NCBI GenBank assembly: GCA_030390025.1
Contig: JASTWF010000333.1
Coordinates: forward strand, 372,001 to 436,000
Source of the DNA: Squalus acanthias
Lineage: Eukaryota
Direction: 5' to 3'
DNA length: 64,000 nucleotides
Shown: one piece after another, positions 60,085 to 64,000 of the stretch
Position numbering within the stretch: the stretch's first letter is position 1
Layout of the letters: each line of letters begins with the position of its first letter
The notes under the pieces: generated by a model
Database searches by the model: none
Told to the model about the DNA's origin: nothing
What the model saw: only the letters and a program-made list of their open reading frames with translations
Made by a program: the position numbers and the translations under genes

Positions 60085-63000
60085 TTTTTTTTTATTATTA
60101 GTTTTTATGGGATGTGGGCATCACTGGCAAGGCCAGCATTTATTGCCCATCCCTAATTGCCCTTGAGAAGGTGGTGGTGAGCCGCCTTCTTGAACCACTG
60201 CAGTCCGTGTGGTGAAGGTACTCCCACAGTGCTGTTAGGGAGGGAGTTCCAGGATTTTGACCCAGCGATGATGAAGGATCGGCGATATACTGCCAAGTCA
60301 GGATGGTGTGTGACTTGGAGGGGAACTTGGAGGTGGTGGTGTTCCCATGCGCTTGCTGCCCTTGTCCTTCTAGGTGGAAGAGGTCACGGGTTTGAGAGGT
60401 GCTGCCGAAAAAGCCTTGGCGAGTTGCTGCAGTGCATCTTGTAGATGGTACACACTGCAGCCACGGTGGAGGGAGTGAATTTTTAAGGTGATGGATGGGG
60501 TGCCAATCAAGCGGGCTGCTTTGTCCTGGATGGTGTCGAGATTCTTGAGTGTTGTTGGAGCTGCACTATTCCAGGCAAGTGGAGAGTATTCCATCACACT
60601 CCTTACTTGTGCCTTGTAGATGGTGGGAAGGCTTTGGGGAGTCAGGAGGTGTGACAGTCGCCGCAGAATACCTAGGGGTAAAAATTCAGTTGGTTGCGCC
60701 TCCCGTTAGCGCCTTAAGAGGGCGCTAATGGGGCGCAAAGCCGCTAACGCCCGGGCGCAGCGATGTTTGCGCCGCTCGGGAACTTAACTTGACAATGTGC
60801 GGCGGCGCTAAAACTTACCGCTGCGACCACCTGCGCGCGCAGATTGTGACGTCATTCCATGGTGCAACGCCCTTGTGGCGCCCCGGAGTGGAAATTGAGT
60901 GGCGCCCCCTGCCTTACCGCCTGGCGCTTCCAACGACCAGAAGACTGGAACGCTATCAATCGCTGTGGGGCTGGGGGGGGGCGCTATTTAAAGGGGGCCT
61001 CTTCCTGTCTTTTATTGTTGGTGGCATTTTTGAACTACGCATTCTGAGAGAGAGAGGGAGAGACTTCTGGAGAGATTCAACGTTGTGTGAAGGAGTTTTG
61101 GGTACTGAGCAGCACTTTGCAGGTTCATTTTGATTTGCCATTCCTTGTATCGATTTAGCAGAGACTGTGGGAGCTGCACTCTGAGCTCTTTGCCTGGTAC
61201 TCTCCATTGTTCTTTCCAGCACATTTGATGTGCAAGTCTCTCCAGGCCGAGATTCAAGGCTGCAATGAACAGGATGTGGATGGAAAGCAAGATTAACCAT
61301 CCCCTTTAAGAACTGGCCCGTGCCATTGTGTGTGTGTTCCATTGCTGACTGACATTACATGAGCTTCGCCAGCGCTCTGAGTTACGCCTCACTGCTCGGC
61401 CTTTGCGCCTTAAGACAGGTGTGCAGCGCCTGCTTTAGCGCTCCACTCACCTCCCGGGGCGGTAAAAGTGAAGTTTCCAGTCAGTGCCGATAATTAGCGC
61501 CAGGCGCTAATATTTGCGTCCAGACGATATTTGCGCCCCAAATGGGGCGCGACCTAATTTCTACCCCCTAGTCTCTGACCTGCTCTTGTTGCCACAGTAT
61601 TTATGTGGCTGGTCCAGTTAAGTTTCTGGTCAATGGTGATTCCCAGGATGTTGATGGTGGGGGATTTGGCGATGGTAATGCCATTGAATGTCATGGGGAG
61701 GTGGTTAGACTCTCACTTGTTGGAGATAGTCATTGCCTGGCATTTCTGTGGCGCGAATGTTACCTGCCACTTATCAGCCCATGCCTGAACATCGTCCAGG
61801 TCTTGTTGCATGCGGGCATGGACTGCTTCATTATCTGAGGAGTTGTGAATGGCACTGAACACTGTGCAGTCATCAGTGAACATCCCCATTTCTGTCCTTA
61901 TGTTGGAGGGAAGGTCATTGATGAAGCAGCTGAAGATGGTTGGGCCTAGGACACTGCCCTGAGGAACTACTGCAGTGATGTCCTGGGGCTGTGATGATTA
62001 ACCTTCAACCACCACAACCATCTTCCTTTGTGCTAGGTATGACTCCAGCCAGTGGAGAGTTTTCCCCTCGATTCCCATTGCCTTCAGTTTTACTCGGGCT
62101 CCTTGATGCCACACTCGGTCAAATGCTGCTTTGATGTCAAGGGCAGTCACTCTCACCTCACCTTTGGAATTCAGCTCTTTTGTCCATGTTTGGGCCAAGG
62201 CTATAATGAGGTCAGGAGACGAGTGGTCTTGGCGGAACCCAAACTGGGCATCAGTGAGCAGGTTATTGGTGAGTAAGTGCTGCTTGATAGCACAGTCGAT
62301 GAGACTTTCCATCACTTTGCTGATGATTGAGAGTAGACTGATGAGGCGGTAATTGGCTGGGTTAGATTTGTCCTGCTTTTTGTGGACAGGACATACCTGG
62401 GCAGTTTTCCACATTGTCGGATAGATGCCAGTGTTGTAGCTGTACTGGAACAGCTTGGCTAGAGGCGCGGCTAGTTCTGGAGCATAAGTCTTCAGCACGA
62501 TAGCCAGGATGTTGTCGGGACCCATAGCCTTTGCTGTATCCAGTGCGCTCAGCTGTTTCTTGATATCACGTGGAGTGAATCGAATTGGCTGAAGACTGGC
62601 TTCTGTGATGGTGGGGACCTCAGGAGGAGGCCGAGATGGATCATCCACTCGGCACTTCTGGCTGAAGTTGGTTGCAAACGCTTCAGCCTTGTTTTTTGCA
62701 CTCACGTGCTGGGCTCCACCATCATTGATGATGGGAATATTCATGGAGCCTCCTCCTCCCATTAGTTGTTTAATGGTCCACCACCATTCACGACTGGATG
62801 TGGCAGGACTGCAGAGATTTGATCTGAACCGTTGATTGTGGGATCGCTTAGCCCTGTCTATAGCATGTTGCTTCCGCTTTTTAGCTTGCATGTAGTCCTG
62901 TGTTGCAGCTTCCCCAGGTTGGCACCTCATCTTTAGGTACACCTGGTGCTGCTCCTGGCATATTATTCTATACTCCTGATTGAACCAGGGTTGGTCCCCT

Positions 63001-63465
63001 GGCTTGGTGGTAATGGTAGAGTGAGGGATATGCTGGGTCATTAGGTTACAGATTGTGGTGGAATACAATTCTGCTGCTGCTGATGGCCCACAGCGCCTCA
63101 TGGATGCCCAATTTTGAGCTGCTAGATCTGTTCTGAATCTATCCCATTTAGCACGGTGGTAGTGCCACACAACACGATGGAGGGTGTCCTGGGTGTGAAG
63201 ACGGGACTTCGTCACCACAATGACTGTGTGGTGGTCACTGCTACCAATACTGTCAAGGACAGATGCATCTGTGATAGGTAGATTGGTGAGGACGAGGTCA
63301 AGTAGCTTTTTCCCTCGTGTTGGTTCTCTCACCACCTGTCGCAGGCCCAGACTGGCAGTTATGTCCTTCAGGACTTAGCCAGCTCAGTCAGTAGTGTTAC
63401 TACTGAGCCATTATTGGTGATGGACATTGAAGTCCCCCACCCAGAGTACATTCTGTGCTCTTGCC
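60085..63465 (-). mobile_element. second-family CR1/L2-group LINE, 5'-truncated, split by a MITE
   Basis: 445-aa ORF 61998..63335 (PTRGKKLLDLVLTN, SDH, NYRLISLL, QFGFR, ALDIKAAFDRVWH). 3' tail at 60085-60170. Confidence 0.93.
60675..61567 (+). mobile_element. 893-bp Harbinger deletion-derivative MITE
   Basis: TIRs GGGGTAAAAATT / AATTTCTACCCC, TSD CTA/CTA. Removal restores the LINE. Confidence 0.95.
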
Positions 63466-64000
63466 TATTTTTAAATGATTTTTATTTTTTTCCATTTTAG
63501 AAGGCAGTTTCCCTTTAAGGTACCTGCGGTACCAGTGACCACAACCCCAATTCCCCATTCAACATTTTTCCCACACCTTACCTTCCCTCTGTTACTGACC
63601 ATCACACCGTCCTCTTGGCCACAATGCCACCAGAAAGCAAACTTTCCAGTCCAACTTTATACATTTATCCATCCAATATGACAATAAGAAATCAACTCAT
63701 CACCCTTATGCATTCCCTTAGTGACTGTCTTGTGTGTGCCTTTGCCTATCCTACTGATGTCATGCAGTGCTACCCCAGTGGCTGCAGCATGGCTGGTGGA
63801 AGGCTGCTGACTTTCAGTGGGGGACACTGCAAATGGCCTTGCTGGTTGACCTTGAGGAGCTGGTGGCGTCAAGTGACGGTGTTTCTTCTTCTTCACTCTC
63901 CTCTCCCTCTTCTTGGTCAACCATTGGCTGGGAAAGGCAGGATTTCTTGGGTATGTGAAATGAGGAAGGCACAAGGGTGGAGTTGTGGTGAGGGGAGGGC

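Larger units (their letters stand above)
59280..64000 (+). mobile_element. decayed Harbinger element with nested insertions, runs off the window end
   Basis: Left end GGCCCAGAAATTCC. Acidic transposase C-terminus at 59890-60080. 63490-64000 is homologous to the intergenic and Myb 3' region at 13720-14040. Confidence 0.7.

Noticed and set aside
59696..60166. Glu/Lys-rich ORF as a host gene (also 4140..4391 and 37100..37612)
   Set aside because: These are acidic tails of Harbinger transposase or Myb proteins read across repeat junctions.

Overview
Vertebrate genomic DNA, almost certainly a cartilaginous fish (shark-type CR1 LINEs with SGNH-esterase ORF1, L2, tRNA-derived SINEs). Most of the window is nested transposable elements, probably lying in the introns of an unidentified minus-strand host gene, of which I see three plausible exons (49659-49743, 17269-17336, 16903-17012). 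The dominant family is PIF/Harbinger: one nearly intact two-gene element (50095-54451: DDE transposase on +, three-exon Myb/SANT gene on -, ATT TSD), several decayed or deleted copies, and several MITE families with 3-bp TSDs. The most striking feature is a 5'-truncated endogenous retrovirus-like provirus on the minus strand (42704-48598). It has a retroviral-type RNase H, an integrase split by a MITE, an env splice acceptor, an ~837-codon env, a PPT and a 737-bp LTR. The env has a signal peptide, an RQKR/GLIN furin and fusion-peptide junction and a very long cysteine-rich TM ectodomain. This is an F-protein-like rather than gamma/beta-type env and best fits a lokiretrovirus-like lineage (inference, needs phylogeny). 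Other notable signals: Tx1-like 3' ends inserted twice at the same 18-bp site, MITEs carrying promoter motifs plus clustered perfect splice donors, MITEs that fuse the two Harbinger promoters head to head, a 33-bp-stem hairpin and a CpG-rich 18-bp minisatellite. All family assignments come from motif recognition by eye, not database searches. Boundaries without a stated TIR or TSD are approximate.
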